DNA of 64,000 nt, from positions 58,876-122,875 of the IMG/VR virus record IMGVR_UViG_3300047272_000350. One strand, written 5' to 3'. Below are positions 39,523 to 49,520 of this stretch, piece by piece. Both the position numbers and the translations under genes were made by a program. The number at the start of each line of letters is the position of its first letter. The first letter of the stretch is position 1. Below the pieces are notes generated by a model that ran no database searches, was not told the origin of the DNA, and saw only the letters and a program-made list of their open reading frames with translations. Source of the DNA: a virus (taxonomy: Duplodnaviria; Heunggongvirae; Uroviricota; Caudoviricetes).

Positions 39523-39872
39523 TATCCTTCTATTTTCTCTATTACTTCAGACTCAATCTCTGATAATTGCTCATACGATAATAAGTTTAGTATTGAAATA
39601 CCTCCAACAAACACATCAAACAACTCAAATTCAGGGCCACTACCAGGATAGCCTGCCATATCTGAATCATACATTACTTGAGACTCTCCAGCATGGTAAT
39701 TACCTTCTACTGTCATCTCTACACCAAAATAATTAATCTCTTCTGTTATCATTTTTCTAATTTTATTTTGCAAAGGTATAACATTATTTTTAATGCCGCA
39801 AGCTTTTTCTGATTTATTTTTAATGAACTGCTGCATAAGACTCTCCTGTTTGAATATCAATCTCGATTTCAA
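39522..39872 (-). CDS. Hypothetical protein (116 aa).
   Basis: ORF in operon array. Overlaps the start of the polymerase gene. Confidence 0.4.
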   Translation of the reverse strand: MKSRLIFKQESLMQQFIKNKSEKACGIKNNVIPLQNKIRKMITEEINYFGVEMTVEGNYHAGESQVMYDSDMAGYPGSGPEFELFDVFVGGISILNLLSYEQLSEIESEVIEKIEG

Positions 39873-41763
39873 CTGGGAATTTGTATTGACTGTTTACTCT
39901 ATTTATAGACTGTTTAAGAGCCTCTATAGTAGATTCTACATCTTCGTTCTTAACTCTTAATAAAACCTCATCATGAGCCTGAAAAATGGGTCTAACACCA
40001 CGCTTAATCATCTCATATACATAACCATCGAACACCCTAACACCGGCTGATTGATTACAAGCAGAAAATCTATCTTTTTCAGAAGCTAAGAAGTAGTAAA
40101 AATTAGTTATAGGATTCCAAATCCAAGACTTTCCATCTACCATTCTAACTGCTCTATCCTCAGCATATTTCTTAACAGACCAGTTACGGTCCCAATACCC
40201 ATCAAACAAAGTCTTAGCATCTTTTGTTGTAAGACCTGTTGACTCTTTTAATTTAGGAACACCACAACCATATGTCAAAGCATAGTTACCAGTTTTAGAG
40301 GTTGCTCTTTTCTTACTTACCTTTTCAAATTGCTCAGATAATTCTTCGTCTGTATAAACCTTGAATATCTCAGGTAAATCTTCTCTCTTTTTATCTTTGG
40401 TTTTATACCAACGGAAGAAGTCAGACTCTTCTTGTGAGATAATACCACTTCGAACACCTAGATCCAGGTGGGCATCCCAACCCGGTCTATTCATATCCTC
40501 TACATACTCCGGATCATATGGGTAGATAGAGATTTGCTTCATTTTATCCTCCAAACTACTAACATCGGAACCAATCAAGATACTACCTTTAGGGGCTATG
40601 ATAACGCTACGAATAAACTCTCCATATGGGGCCGTAGGTTTTGGTAGGTTCACAAATGGTTTTGCATGTTTTAGTCTTAGAGTTTTAGTAAACCCATGGG
40701 CATAAGCTATTGCATACCCATTTTCATCGGCACGTTCTAAGAAACCTTTTAAGTAACCTGCTCTGTGAGTAACAACAGACAAACCATCTAAGTGCTCGAT
40801 AGCCGGCTCTATATCTCTAAGAGCTAGTACACTTTTACACAGCATCTTTTCTTTATCACGAACTTGCGGCACCTTACCATTACGACCTTCTTCAAACAGT
40901 AAAGGCTTCCAACCAAGTTTCATTAACCAGTCTTTTACTTGAGTAGGACTTCCGGCATTTGGTTCTTCAAACCCAGTGGTCATTGTAAGCTCCCCTTCAT
41001 AATCTTCTCTTACTCCATTATGCTCTAGTAACTCTAACCATCTAGCACCGGCAACACTCAAACTACCATCTTTTTTGTACATAACTTTTGGTTTAGTTAT
41101 GGTTTTGATTATAGGTAACTTTGGCATAGCTGCTTCTAACAATCCCTTTTTCTCATTCTCAATACCTTGTAAGTAATCTAAGTTCTTTTGGCATTGCTCT
41201 ACATCAATCAAAATCTTATCTTCTTCTTGTATCTTTAAACAAGTTAATTTAAAGTTCAAGTAGTTTATAATTCTTATGATGTCTTTAGGATCATCGTATA
41301 TCTTTTTCAAGTAAGCATACTGTTTTACCCAAAGTTTGATGTTAATTTTAATATCCTCTTGTACACGATGACAATATTCTTCGACTGTCAAGTTATCCCA
41401 ATCATCAATCTTAGGTTTAGGCACACCAAACTCTTCTCCCCAAGAAGCTAAACCATGGTCTCTTTGGCCTCTTTCCGGGTACAAATACCAAGATAAACCT
41501 AAAGAGTCTATTAAACTAGCCTCTACTTTTATACCAAGATGTTTTTCATATAAAGGTACGTCAAATCTAACTAAGTTGTGACAAACAACAGTATTCTCAG
41601 GGTTACCAAGAACCTTACGCATATCATCGTAGTTAGTTGTAGACTTCACAACCCAATTTCCCTCTTTATTCTGCCAGCCAATACCCATACACCAAATCTT
41701 AGTAGATTCAGGAACAAGACCGTTTGACTCGGCATCTATTACGTAAACTTTATCTAAATTCAT
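39820..41763 (-). CDS. Family A DNA polymerase with 3'-5' exonuclease domain (647 aa).
   Basis: Exo I motif VIDAESNG. Pol motif A-like IGSDVSSLEDK. Motif B RATSKTGNYALTYGCGVPKL (R..K...Y..YG). Motif C QAHDEVLL (HDE). Confidence 0.85.
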   Translation of the reverse strand: MNLDKVYVIDAESNGLVPESTKIWCMGIGWQNKEGNWVVKSTTNYDDMRKVLGNPENTVVCHNLVRFDVPLYEKHLGIKVEASLIDSLGLSWYLYPERGQRDHGLASWGEEFGVPKPKIDDWDNLTVEEYCHRVQEDIKINIKLWVKQYAYLKKIYDDPKDIIRIINYLNFKLTCLKIQEEDKILIDVEQCQKNLDYLQGIENEKKGLLEAAMPKLPIIKTITKPKVMYKKDGSLSVAGARWLELLEHNGVREDYEGELTMTTGFEEPNAGSPTQVKDWLMKLGWKPLLFEEGRNGKVPQVRDKEKMLCKSVLALRDIEPAIEHLDGLSVVTHRAGYLKGFLERADENGYAIAYAHGFTKTLRLKHAKPFVNLPKPTAPYGEFIRSVIIAPKGSILIGSDVSSLEDKMKQISIYPYDPEYVEDMNRPGWDAHLDLGVRSGIISQEESDFFRWYKTKDKKREDLPEIFKVYTDEELSEQFEKVSKKRATSKTGNYALTYGCGVPKLKESTGLTTKDAKTLFDGYWDRNWSVKKYAEDRAVRMVDGKSWIWNPITNFYYFLASEKDRFSACNQSAGVRVFDGYVYEMIKRGVRPIFQAHDEVLLRVKNEDVESTIEALKQSINRVNSQYKFPVEIEIDIQTGESYAAVH

Positions 41764-42134
41764 TACTTACAAAATATTTTTAATGTTTTACCACCATCTT
41801 GGTATTGTACCTCAACATCTTTAGCATTATAGTTAGTATAAGCTCTTCCATTGTGTGGCTCTGAGTGTTGTATTACCTCTACTCGTGTTACTTCTGCTTT
41901 ATCTTTCTCTGCGTAGGCAACCATTTCATTTAGCAAACCTGTGTCCATACTCTCGAATATCATATCTAGATTCTTTTTATCAGCTATTTTTGTAGCTATC
42001 TCAAAACCTCTCATGTAACCTTCTCTGAAATCTTTTTCCCTTTGTTTCTCTGTCAGTTTAGCCATGTACTGGCTTTGTTGCCAAGAGTTTTTCCAGTTTT
42101 CTACTTCTTCGTTTATATCTTTGTACTGCATCAC
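41763..42134 (-). CDS. Hypothetical protein (123 aa).
   Basis: ORF abutting the polymerase stop. Confidence 0.45.
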   Translation of the reverse strand: MMQYKDINEEVENWKNSWQQSQYMAKLTEKQREKDFREGYMRGFEIATKIADKKNLDMIFESMDTGLLNEMVAYAEKDKAEVTRVEVIQHSEPHNGRAYTNYNAKDVEVQYQDGGKTLKIFCK

Positions 42135-42412
42135 TTTTTATTTTTCCAGGATTTATTAATTTTGTGTATACCAAGCTTTTTATTTAAAGCTAGAGTCAGT
42201 CTACAATACACATCTGTAGGTCTAACTAATGTTTTTTCGGCACCCTCTGTAGGGTACATCTCTGTAAAGTCTTTCCTAAAATAGTTGAATACGCTTTTTA
42301 CTTCTGTCTCTGGTCCAAGATTATCAAAATCTATAAACTCGTAAGCACTAGATCTATTTGCCATTATTTCTTCTTTTGGTATAACTCTGCATTCATGTCT
42401 CATATTTTCCAA
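42131..42412 (-). CDS. Hypothetical protein (93 aa).
   Basis: ORF in array. Confidence 0.4.
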   Translation of the reverse strand: MENMRHECRVIPKEEIMANRSSAYEFIDFDNLGPETEVKSVFNYFRKDFTEMYPTEGAEKTLVRPTDVYCRLTLALNKKLGIHKINKSWKNKK

Positions 42413-42981
42413 TTTCTATTTCTTAAATGTTTAGTGCACTTTTTACAAAATCCGTATTCTTTACTAAAGTTATCTTTACCTTTAGCATCTTGCATTATAC
42501 AGCCTTCTGAGGGACAGTGAGGTAAACCTTGTGTGTGGCCCAACTCGTGTATGGATAACTTATACAGTTTCTCTAATCTATCTTTGCCCTTGACTCGGTA
42601 ATTTGATATTACACAAGCGTTTCCTGGGCAATAGCCTAGCCCCATAACACCCCAATCTGCGTACTTACCTTTAGTGGTACTTATATCTTTGTTTGTTAAC
42701 CCTATAACACAAGTACCTTCTTTAGCCTTTAAGTTAAGATCCTTTATCAAAAGGTCTGCTCTATACCTAGTTTTGGTAGAGTTCATAAACTTTTTCTGTA
42801 AGGGGGTTTCTTCCATTACCTTGATGTAAGGGTATATTTTTTTAATCTCCCTTTCTACATACTGTACTTCTTCTTTAGGCATACCTTCGAAAGGTTGTAT
42901 AACTATAGTCATATTTTGTGGTGATTTTGACATACCTACACTAACTAAAATAGTCAATCCTAATAACACTTTTTTAATCAT
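42400..42981 (-). CDS. Archaemetzincin-like zinc metalloprotease, secreted lipoprotein (193 aa).
   Basis: N-terminal signal/lipobox-like MIKKVLLGLTILVSVGMSKS. HELGHTQGLPHCPSEGCIMQD....CKKCTKH matches the archaemetzincin signature HExxHxxGxxHCxxxxCxM...CxxC. Confidence 0.65.
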   Translation of the reverse strand: MIKKVLLGLTILVSVGMSKSPQNMTIVIQPFEGMPKEEVQYVEREIKKIYPYIKVMEETPLQKKFMNSTKTRYRADLLIKDLNLKAKEGTCVIGLTNKDISTTKGKYADWGVMGLGYCPGNACVISNYRVKGKDRLEKLYKLSIHELGHTQGLPHCPSEGCIMQDAKGKDNFSKEYGFCKKCTKHLRNRNWKI

Positions 42982-42987
42982 AATTTC

Positions 42988-43016
42988 TATTTGTTTTTAA
43001 ATTCTATGCAAAGATA
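42988..43016 (-). promoter_or_regulatory. Promoter/leader cassette (rc TATCTTTGCATAG-AATTTAAAAACAAATA-GAAATT-ATG) for the archaemetzincin-like gene.
   Basis: -7 box rc at 43009-43016. Conserved leader rc at 42988-43003. An upstream TTGCAAAAAGCTTGCAGG element lies on the minus strand. Confidence 0.45.
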
Positions 43017-43102
43017 CGAACAAGATTTTATTCCTGCAAGCTTTTTGCAAATTATTTTCAAAAAAAAAATCCCAACTAAATAAATAGTCAGGATTATTGT
43101 TG

Positions 43103-44266
43103 TTAAAATGGGCTGTCATCATCTTCTTCATCAAAGCTTACAGCTGCCGGACTATTGAATGCTTCACCAAAGGCATCAGCAAGTGTAGCTAATGGAGGAG
43201 GTGGTGGAGGTGCATCAACAGCTATGGTTTGGTTTTTCCCAAAGACCGGTGCACTAAGGTTACTTACTGAAATAGACTCTTTCTTTCTATTCTTTCTGAT
43301 ATTCTCCACATCAGGTATAGGCAACTCTTCAGCATAAATATCTAAGTATAAACCATCGGCCTCTCTACATTTTAGTAAGTGTACATAATTTACTCCAAAA
43401 GGCTCTAAAGAAACTCTACCTTTCAAGTCTTCTTCTAAGAAGAACTTCTCTAAGTTTGGATACCTATCCGGATCAATCTTGCTGTACTCTTTGATACCTA
43501 ACCTAGTAGGGTTAGTCATAACAGCTACAAAATCTGCAACTTGGAAAGTAAACTGAGAGTAGTACAAATCTGAGGGTTGAGGTTGAGCCATAATATCTTT
43601 GTCTTTAGCTCTTTTAATCATCTCTGAGTTTGTTTGAGACAACAGTATAAAAATAACATTTTCGTACTCCATCTTTAAATCATTAACTCTTTCGATAAAC
43701 TTCTCAATAATAGTATTTCTACTTTCTCCAGAGTCTCCAGAAATCAATGCCAAGTGATCGACAGTGATAATAACTGAGTCTTTGTCTTTATTCATCTCTA
43801 AGAACTCTTTACAACCCTCATAAAACTTATTTGGTGTAGTAGGTACTTGTGAGATACTAACTCGGTCATCTTGTAAAGAGTCAAAGTAAGCCTTAGCCTG
43901 AGCTTTTTCTTCTTCCGTAAACTCTTGTAATAAGATTTCTTTTTTAGACTTAGACTTTATATTCTTAGCCATACCACGAAGTACTAAACTAAGAACTCTC
44001 ATCTCCAAAGATATATTAAGTACTACAAAGTTATCAGCTGTAGGGTTTAACTCTTTATTCAAGATATTATCAACCATTTTAGCTAATGTGTAACTCTTAC
44101 CAATACCAGAACCTGCTGAAAATACAATTACTGAACCATTAACTACAGGGAACACATCATCAAAATAAGGGGTACCTGTTTTTATAATACCTTTGTTACC
44201 TATTTGGTATTGCTTGATCTCTTGGAAAGCTTTCTTAGTAAGGTCTCTAAATTTTTGTATTTGCAT
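43103..44266 (-). CDS. DnaB-like / RecA-fold replicative helicase (387 aa).
   Basis: Walker A SAGSGIGKSYTL. Walker B-like VIITVDHLALI. Pro-rich C-terminal tail APPPPPPLA. Confidence 0.55.
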   Translation of the reverse strand: MQIQKFRDLTKKAFQEIKQYQIGNKGIIKTGTPYFDDVFPVVNGSVIVFSAGSGIGKSYTLAKMVDNILNKELNPTADNFVVLNISLEMRVLSLVLRGMAKNIKSKSKKEILLQEFTEEEKAQAKAYFDSLQDDRVSISQVPTTPNKFYEGCKEFLEMNKDKDSVIITVDHLALISGDSGESRNTIIEKFIERVNDLKMEYENVIFILLSQTNSEMIKRAKDKDIMAQPQPSDLYYSQFTFQVADFVAVMTNPTRLGIKEYSKIDPDRYPNLEKFFLEEDLKGRVSLEPFGVNYVHLLKCREADGLYLDIYAEELPIPDVENIRKNRKKESISVSNLSAPVFGKNQTIAVDAPPPPPPLATLADAFGEAFNSPAAVSFDEEDDDSPF

Positions 44267-44267
44267 T

Positions 44268-44855
44268 TTATTCTAAGGTTTTAAATTTATTATCAAACAT
44301 ATCTTGATACTTCAAGTAGTATCTGTACAATCTTGATTGCTCAATATCGAACTTGGTACTATAAAGATTGGCCGGCTTAAAGAAAAGGTATTCTAAAACT
44401 TTAGACCACTCAAACTGACTAGCATCATTCATAAACACTTTACATAAGTAAGCTAGTTTATTTCTATCAATACCAGAGTTAACTCTAAATAGAGCTATAA
44501 ACAACTTTGTCTTTTTTCTATTACCTATTTCTTTATTCTCTGCCTTATACACAGACTCTAACCAGTCATATAACTTTAAGTCGTCTTCATCTATCATAGG
44601 GACTTGCAACTCTTCTAGTAGCTCATTGCCTTTAGGTGTAAGCCTAACACGATTCTGAATAGTATCACTTTTGTTTTTTGCTTTTACTAAGGTAATATAC
44701 TCTAAAGTTTGGTACCTATCTAAAGTACCTAGAGTTATAGTTTCTGTAATAATCTCCCACAAACTCTCTAATTTATTTTGTGAGATAAGCTGTAGATTTA
44801 CAACATCTGTGGGAGACAATCCTCTCTTCTTTGCGATTTCAAAATTTATATACAT
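44268..44855 (-). CDS. Hypothetical protein (195 aa). Possible helicase-associated / loader protein by position.
   Basis: Stop is 2 nt from the helicase start. No motif. Confidence 0.4.
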   Translation of the reverse strand: MYINFEIAKKRGLSPTDVVNLQLISQNKLESLWEIITETITLGTLDRYQTLEYITLVKAKNKSDTIQNRVRLTPKGNELLEELQVPMIDEDDLKLYDWLESVYKAENKEIGNRKKTKLFIALFRVNSGIDRNKLAYLCKVFMNDASQFEWSKVLEYLFFKPANLYSTKFDIEQSRLYRYYLKYQDMFDNKFKTLE

Positions 44856-45025
44856 TTACTAAAATAATTTACTTATTACTAACAACAATAGATAAAGCTC
44901 AGCGGCTATTATCAATAAATATGGTGTGATTAACATTATCGTATACACCAATCTTCTTACAGTTTTTATCATTGTGCAAAGGTACAAAGTATTTCTTAAT
45001 AAACCTAATTAAATCTTATTTAATT

Positions 45026-45328
45026 TTAATCTTTTACAAATTGGCCATTTTCCATTCTGCCGGTACGTTGAGAAATTACATTGTATGCACTCTCTAAACA
45101 GTCTCTAAGACTTAACCCTTGCATCTCTGCTTGGATAATAATTGTTACTAAAATGTCACCCAAAGCATCAATTATCTCTTCTTTATCATCTTCATCAATA
45201 GCATGCATCAGCTCTAAGACTTCTTCGTGTGTCTTTTCTGCTTGTCTCATTGTTGTAGCTTTTTCTAAAATACCTTTTTGTGCTGCCCATGCTATAACAA
45301 GAGCCTCTAATTCACCGTAACTTTTCAT
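45026..45328 (-). CDS. mazG: MazG-like nucleoside triphosphate pyrophosphohydrolase (100 aa).
   Basis: All-alpha NTP-PPase pattern E..EE..EL...IDEDDKEEIIDALGDIL. Confidence 0.6.
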   Translation of the reverse strand: MKSYGELEALVIAWAAQKGILEKATTMRQAEKTHEEVLELMHAIDEDDKEEIIDALGDILVTIIIQAEMQGLSLRDCLESAYNVISQRTGRMENGQFVKD

Positions 45329-45699
45329 ATTTTAAATTTGTTTGTTATTATTTTATAAATTTTGTTCCATGATGGCAACTCTTCTACTCCCTTATCATCA
45401 ATATACATATCTGCTGAAATCTTACGACAATCAGCTTTGTAGTGCTCTATTAAGTGTGGGAAGTTACAATTAACATAGTGGTAAGGGATGTCGTTATCTT
45501 TTAACCAATGCATTGCATCAGACAAAGGATGCCCCTCTCTACATGTGTTAATCACAATACCAAACCCATCATTATAAAGCTTTGTTATTGCTTCTTTGGC
45601 ACCTCTTCTCATTGGGCCAAGTTTTGGGTAATCACTCATACATATAGTTAGATCAAAATCTATAGCTAGTATGTGTTTTGGTTCAAATCTTGGGTTCAT
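45325..45699 (-). CDS. HAD-superfamily phosphatase (124 aa). Nucleotidase or 3'-phosphatase-like.
   Basis: HAD motif I, DxDxT: ILAIDFDLTI. Confidence 0.45.
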   Translation of the reverse strand: MNPRFEPKHILAIDFDLTICMSDYPKLGPMRRGAKEAITKLYNDGFGIVINTCREGHPLSDAMHWLKDNDIPYHYVNCNFPHLIEHYKADCRKISADMYIDDKGVEELPSWNKIYKIITNKFKI

Positions 45700-46412
45700 A
45701 GTATGCCTTCTTTTATTAAAATTATTTGCACCTTTTCTGCTAACTCTTTGATAGTACCATTATTGATAATTTCATAATCAAACTCAGCATTATCAAGAGC
45801 TGTTTCTGAAGGATGTTCTAATATTAAATTGCCAGTTTTAATTTGATTTCTTACCACTCTAATAGTAATACCTTCTCTTTGTTTTACAGCATCCATCTCA
45901 TTAGGAAATCTCATGTCTGTAATAATCCAGTTAGGGTATTCAACAAGAGTATCATTACCAAACTCATCCCATTCTTTTACAAATCCCTTATAATCAGCAA
46001 ACAAAGCATTCACCCATACATTAGTGTGCAATCCATCACGCATTGCTTCTGTACCAAGTCTTTGAAGAAACTCTCTATAAGTCATTGCTCCATCATGTTC
46101 TACAAAGTCTGGACCAGAGAAAGGTATATTATAAGGAGAGTTCCACTCTTCTCCCATATTAAGTTTCTTAAACTCTTGATCCTCAAACTTCTCTGCTGGA
46201 ACTCCTGAAAGTATTGAGCCAATTTGTTTTAGTTTACCTGCAAACTTTTTAGTATCAAAACCAGATTGTTCTTCTAACCACCAATTATGATCATCACAAG
46301 AAACTACATCTTCTAAACTAACATCTCCTACATTTTGGCATAAAAGATATTGTATAATTTTACCAACGGTATCTTTACCGCTGCCCATACGGCCTGACAA
46401 ACCTATAATCAT
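45696..46412 (-). CDS. Deoxynucleoside monophosphate kinase (T4 gp1-like P-loop kinase, 238 aa).
   Basis: N-terminal P-loop MIIGLSGRMGSGKDTVGK resembles the T4 Dnmk SG..SGKDT signature. Confidence 0.55.
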   Translation of the reverse strand: MIIGLSGRMGSGKDTVGKIIQYLLCQNVGDVSLEDVVSCDDHNWWLEEQSGFDTKKFAGKLKQIGSILSGVPAEKFEDQEFKKLNMGEEWNSPYNIPFSGPDFVEHDGAMTYREFLQRLGTEAMRDGLHTNVWVNALFADYKGFVKEWDEFGNDTLVEYPNWIITDMRFPNEMDAVKQREGITIRVVRNQIKTGNLILEHPSETALDNAEFDYEIINNGTIKELAEKVQIILIKEGIL

Positions 46413-46657
46413 AGTACTACTTGTTTTAAATGATCGTTTATTTCTCTTTTGTGAGTAGTTACTCTTTCTAGCTTAGCTACAAGTTTTTTACCAACTTTCA
46501 CTGCCTCAAAGTCTACTAAATCTCCATGGTTTACATGCTCATGATCTTCCTTATGTAGCTTCATCTCTACTCTAGCTACTGCATCACAATCCTCAGCTGT
46601 GACAAAGTACACTACTGACCAACCATCTTGGTCTTTTCTTACTGTACCTTTCATCAC
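46409..46657 (-). CDS. Hypothetical protein (82 aa).
   Basis: ORF in array. Confidence 0.4.
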   Translation of the reverse strand: MMKGTVRKDQDGWSVVYFVTAEDCDAVARVEMKLHKEDHEHVNHGDLVDFEAVKVGKKLVAKLERVTTHKREINDHLKQVVL

Positions 46658-46974
46658 TATTTGATTAAATCAATATACGTTGGTGCCGGAGCAAGTTCTA
46701 GAGTAAACTCATCATACTCATCGTAAGGTTTACCAATAGTTAGATGGTAATCATCAGGCTCTCCATAAATCTCTTCAAGAGAAGACAGCACTTCTTTTGT
46801 TGTCATATCATCTCCATTATCTTCAAGCTCTTCAGTCCTACATACCCACGAAAAACGTGTGTCTAGGTTAATGTCACACTCTAATAATTGTAGTGACTCT
46901 TCTAATGGTAAGAAGTCTAACTTCTCATCCAGCATTTTCTGTGCAAATTTTTGCTTTAAATTTTCTTGACTCAT
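46657..46974 (-). CDS. Hypothetical acidic protein (105 aa).
   Basis: ORF in array. D/E-rich. Confidence 0.4.
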   Translation of the reverse strand: MSQENLKQKFAQKMLDEKLDFLPLEESLQLLECDINLDTRFSWVCRTEELEDNGDDMTTKEVLSSLEEIYGEPDDYHLTIGKPYDEYDEFTLELAPAPTYIDLIK

Positions 46975-46975
46975 C

Positions 46976-47266
46976 TTATTTTTTGTTATATACTAAATTA
47001 CTATTCCAATTACCACATTGTTCACAAGTATCATGAAAAGACTCTTCTTCGTCTATTTCAAAACTCTCGTTATTTGACATAGCCATTTCTGCTAACTCTT
47101 TCCAATAGTATGCAGGTATGTTATCTATGTTTTTTGTTAACTCAGATAAAATTATTATTCTACCTTCTCTTTGTAGTTCTAAGTCTACATACTCATCATT
47201 ACATAAGTTAGTATCATCTACACTAACGTATGAACCAAAACAGTGTTCTCCAATTCCTATTTTCAT
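46976..47266 (-). CDS. Hypothetical protein (96 aa).
   Basis: ORF in array. Confidence 0.4.
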   Translation of the reverse strand: MKIGIGEHCFGSYVSVDDTNLCNDEYVDLELQREGRIIILSELTKNIDNIPAYYWKELAEMAMSNNESFEIDEEESFHDTCEQCGNWNSNLVYNKK

Positions 47267-47267
47267 A

Positions 47268-47624
47268 TTAACTCCTTTTAAATTCTTTGTAGACTTGCTC
47301 TACTATCCAAGATAGTAAGTATGCTTGAGCTTCATCATTATCAACATCGGGGTGCATTCCTACACGCTTCATTATAAAACTTGTAACGTGGAGAGATTCA
47401 TGTGCTATTGTACTAATAGCAAAAGGTTCATCAGTTAAGTACTTCTTGTTAAGTACTATTAGATTATACTTACCACTACCTTCTGCATAACCTGAAAACT
47501 CAAACTTATCAATATTTGAAGGATACTTTTTGTTTATTTGGTCTATCTCTTTCTCTGCATCATCGCATACTATAATTTGAATACGTTGGTGATATAAAGG
47601 AACCTCTATACTTTTATGAATCAT
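47268..47624 (-). CDS. Small putative zinc metallopeptidase (118 aa, HExxH).
   Basis: AISTIAHESLHVTSF with downstream acidic residues. Size and motif fit ImmA/IrrE- or SprT-like minimal metallopeptidases. Confidence 0.4.
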   Translation of the reverse strand: MIHKSIEVPLYHQRIQIIVCDDAEKEIDQINKKYPSNIDKFEFSGYAEGSGKYNLIVLNKKYLTDEPFAISTIAHESLHVTSFIMKRVGMHPDVDNDEAQAYLLSWIVEQVYKEFKRS

Positions 47625-47820
47625 ACCCTTTTTCTTTTTTAAATATTTCTAATAGCTCTTTTGTCTTTTTTCCATCTACTTGGTCTAATCTTAAGCCGCC
47701 ATACCAATCTAAAAACTCAATAGCGTAATCATCTGCTACATCAACACAGTTTTCTGCATTAACCTCCTTTGATGAAAAAAGATTATCACAATAAGGGTTA
47801 AATTTTTCCTTTAGTGTCAT
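47614..47820 (-). CDS. Hypothetical protein (68 aa).
   Basis: ORF in array. Confidence 0.35.
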   Translation of the reverse strand: MTLKEKFNPYCDNLFSSKEVNAENCVDVADDYAIEFLDWYGGLRLDQVDGKKTKELLEIFKKEKGYDS

Positions 47821-47825
47821 ATTTT

Positions 47826-48023
47826 TTATTTGTTAGTTTGTATATAGTCAAGCACTTCCTTTATTGAAATTGCCACTTCGTACTCTTCATCGTTTATTGC
47901 TTCTTCTCTTAACTCTAGAATATCTTCTTTTGATATTCCCCCACTTTTATAGTGGTCTAATAAAGTTTTAGTATTTTCTTTGACTGCTTCCAGAGTTTTT
48001 AATTTTAATGTAAACTCGGCCAT
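47826..48023 (-). CDS. Hypothetical protein (65 aa).
   Basis: ORF in array. Confidence 0.35.
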   Translation of the reverse strand: MAEFTLKLKTLEAVKENTKTLLDHYKSGGISKEDILELREEAINDEEYEVAISIKEVLDYIQTNK

Positions 48024-48024
48024 A

Positions 48025-48252
48025 TTAATCTCTGTATTTAAATGGGTGATCTGATTCTTCCGGTATATGACTCATACCCTCCATATCTAGCATGTATAAA
48101 GCATGCATCTCAGATGATATTACTACCCCATTTTTTTGATTATGCTCACATACCCCACAGGTACAACCATTTGAGTCTCTAAACACTCTCTTACCTACTC
48201 TATCTAGGAACCATTGTTTTCTTTCTTCGTAAGCTTTACTCATTATTAGCAC
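48025..48252 (-). CDS. Hypothetical Cys-containing protein (75 aa).
   Basis: CTCGVCEH motif. Confidence 0.35.
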   Translation of the reverse strand: MLIMSKAYEERKQWFLDRVGKRVFRDSNGCTCGVCEHNQKNGVVISSEMHALYMLDMEGMSHIPEESDHPFKYRD

Positions 48253-48515
48253 TTATATTTCCAAACACACTCGTTTCTTCCATAAATACCCGGTCTTTTG
48301 TCAGCAGTTTTTTCTAAAAGTCCTGCTATTGTCAAGTTAGTGATTGCACGTCTAACTGAAGTTAGGGGGTAGTTTTGAAATTCTTTTTGCACATCTGATG
48401 GTGACAAAAAACTATCTCTTTTGAACAACTGCAAAATTTCATTCTCTTGCTTTGTTGCTTTACCTTTGAACATTTTTAATTGCTCTGCTGATTCATTTGT
48501 AGTATTGTAATACAT
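48246..48515 (-). CDS. Hypothetical protein (89 aa), first gene behind a promoter cassette.
   Basis: Preceded by the TAACTTTGCAAAAAA -7 box, whose rc lies at 48547-48554. Confidence 0.4.
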   Translation of the reverse strand: MYYNTTNESAEQLKMFKGKATKQENEILQLFKRDSFLSPSDVQKEFQNYPLTSVRRAITNLTIAGLLEKTADKRPGIYGRNECVWKYKC

Positions 48516-48691
48516 ATTAATTTTTTTATTGTTAATAAATTTTTTGCAAAGTTATGAATTGTTTTTTAATTCTGCAAGCTTTTCTTCTAAAACTTTTTTC
48601 TCTTGTTCCAACTCCCATATTCTAAGGCTATCAAAATGGCTCTTACCCATCTTTGGTTGTAGTAAATATGATAGGTCAGACTTAACATGAT

Positions 48692-49228
48692 TTAGTCTAT
48701 CTCTGACTGTTTTGATTGTATCCATTCTTCAAATCTATGTTTAAATTTTGTTTCCTCTTTTACTTCCGGTAACAATAACTTCATTCTACCTCTGGCAGAT
48801 GCCCAAGCATTTGGGAACTCCTCTTCTAGTTTATCAAACTGATGGCTGTATAACAACTGATCGAACCTAGTATGTTCATCTAAGGTAAGATAAACACAAT
48901 TTATTAAATTCCCTTGAACACTTTGATGCCTAGCCTTGTCAAAAAGATGACAGCAATTTGCTCTAGTAGGGAAAAATATGATAGTACCACTATGTTCTGA
49001 ACTTCTACAATTACGGATATGGTAGTCAAAATAAACATCTCGTATTTCAGATTGCGATTTACGATGCTCCTTGTTTTTTAAAGTTTGTTTTTTTATAGCT
49101 TTTCTGACTACTGTCATTGCACTTTTTGAGTTTGCAATGATAGCACAACCTCGGCATCTCTTTTTTGAGAACCAAGGTTGATCATCTCTACCACATTCGA
49201 TACATACTTTGTTTTTTGCCTTTATCAT
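48692..49228 (-). CDS. NinG/Rap-like recombination-associated zinc-finger protein (178 aa).
   Basis: N-terminal CIECG...W...RCRGC. Central CCHLFDKARH...NCVYLT resembles the lambda NinG layout (Cys pairs plus a GHY/H-rich core). Confidence 0.4.
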   Translation of the reverse strand: MIKAKNKVCIECGRDDQPWFSKKRCRGCAIIANSKSAMTVVRKAIKKQTLKNKEHRKSQSEIRDVYFDYHIRNCRSSEHSGTIIFFPTRANCCHLFDKARHQSVQGNLINCVYLTLDEHTRFDQLLYSHQFDKLEEEFPNAWASARGRMKLLLPEVKEETKFKHRFEEWIQSKQSEID

Positions 49229-49234
49229 TTTTGG

Positions 49235-49519
49235 CTACTTAAATGTGTTGTTTATTATAAGTAGTACAAAAATTACTAGTAAAGCATACAATACTAAGTT
49301 TTCTTTATAGTTTGCCATACTTAATTCATACTCATCCTCTAACTCAGTCATCACATATATTGCCTCTTCTATTCTAGAAAAAGGGGTATTACTTTGCTCT
49401 GAGGCATAGTGATAACGTAGCCATATAGAGAAACCCATAATGTAATATGTCTCTGTTACTAAGTAACCAAATGAATCGTAGTCTGCTACAATGTCAAATT
49501 TTTTTCTTGCTATTTTCAT
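49235..49519 (-). CDS. Hypothetical C-terminally membrane-anchored protein (94 aa).
   Basis: C-terminal LVLYALLVIFVLLII hydrophobic helix. Confidence 0.4.
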   Translation of the reverse strand: MKIARKKFDIVADYDSFGYLVTETYYIMGFSIWLRYHYASEQSNTPFSRIEEAIYVMTELEDEYELSMANYKENLVLYALLVIFVLLIINNTFK

Positions 49520-49520
49520 A

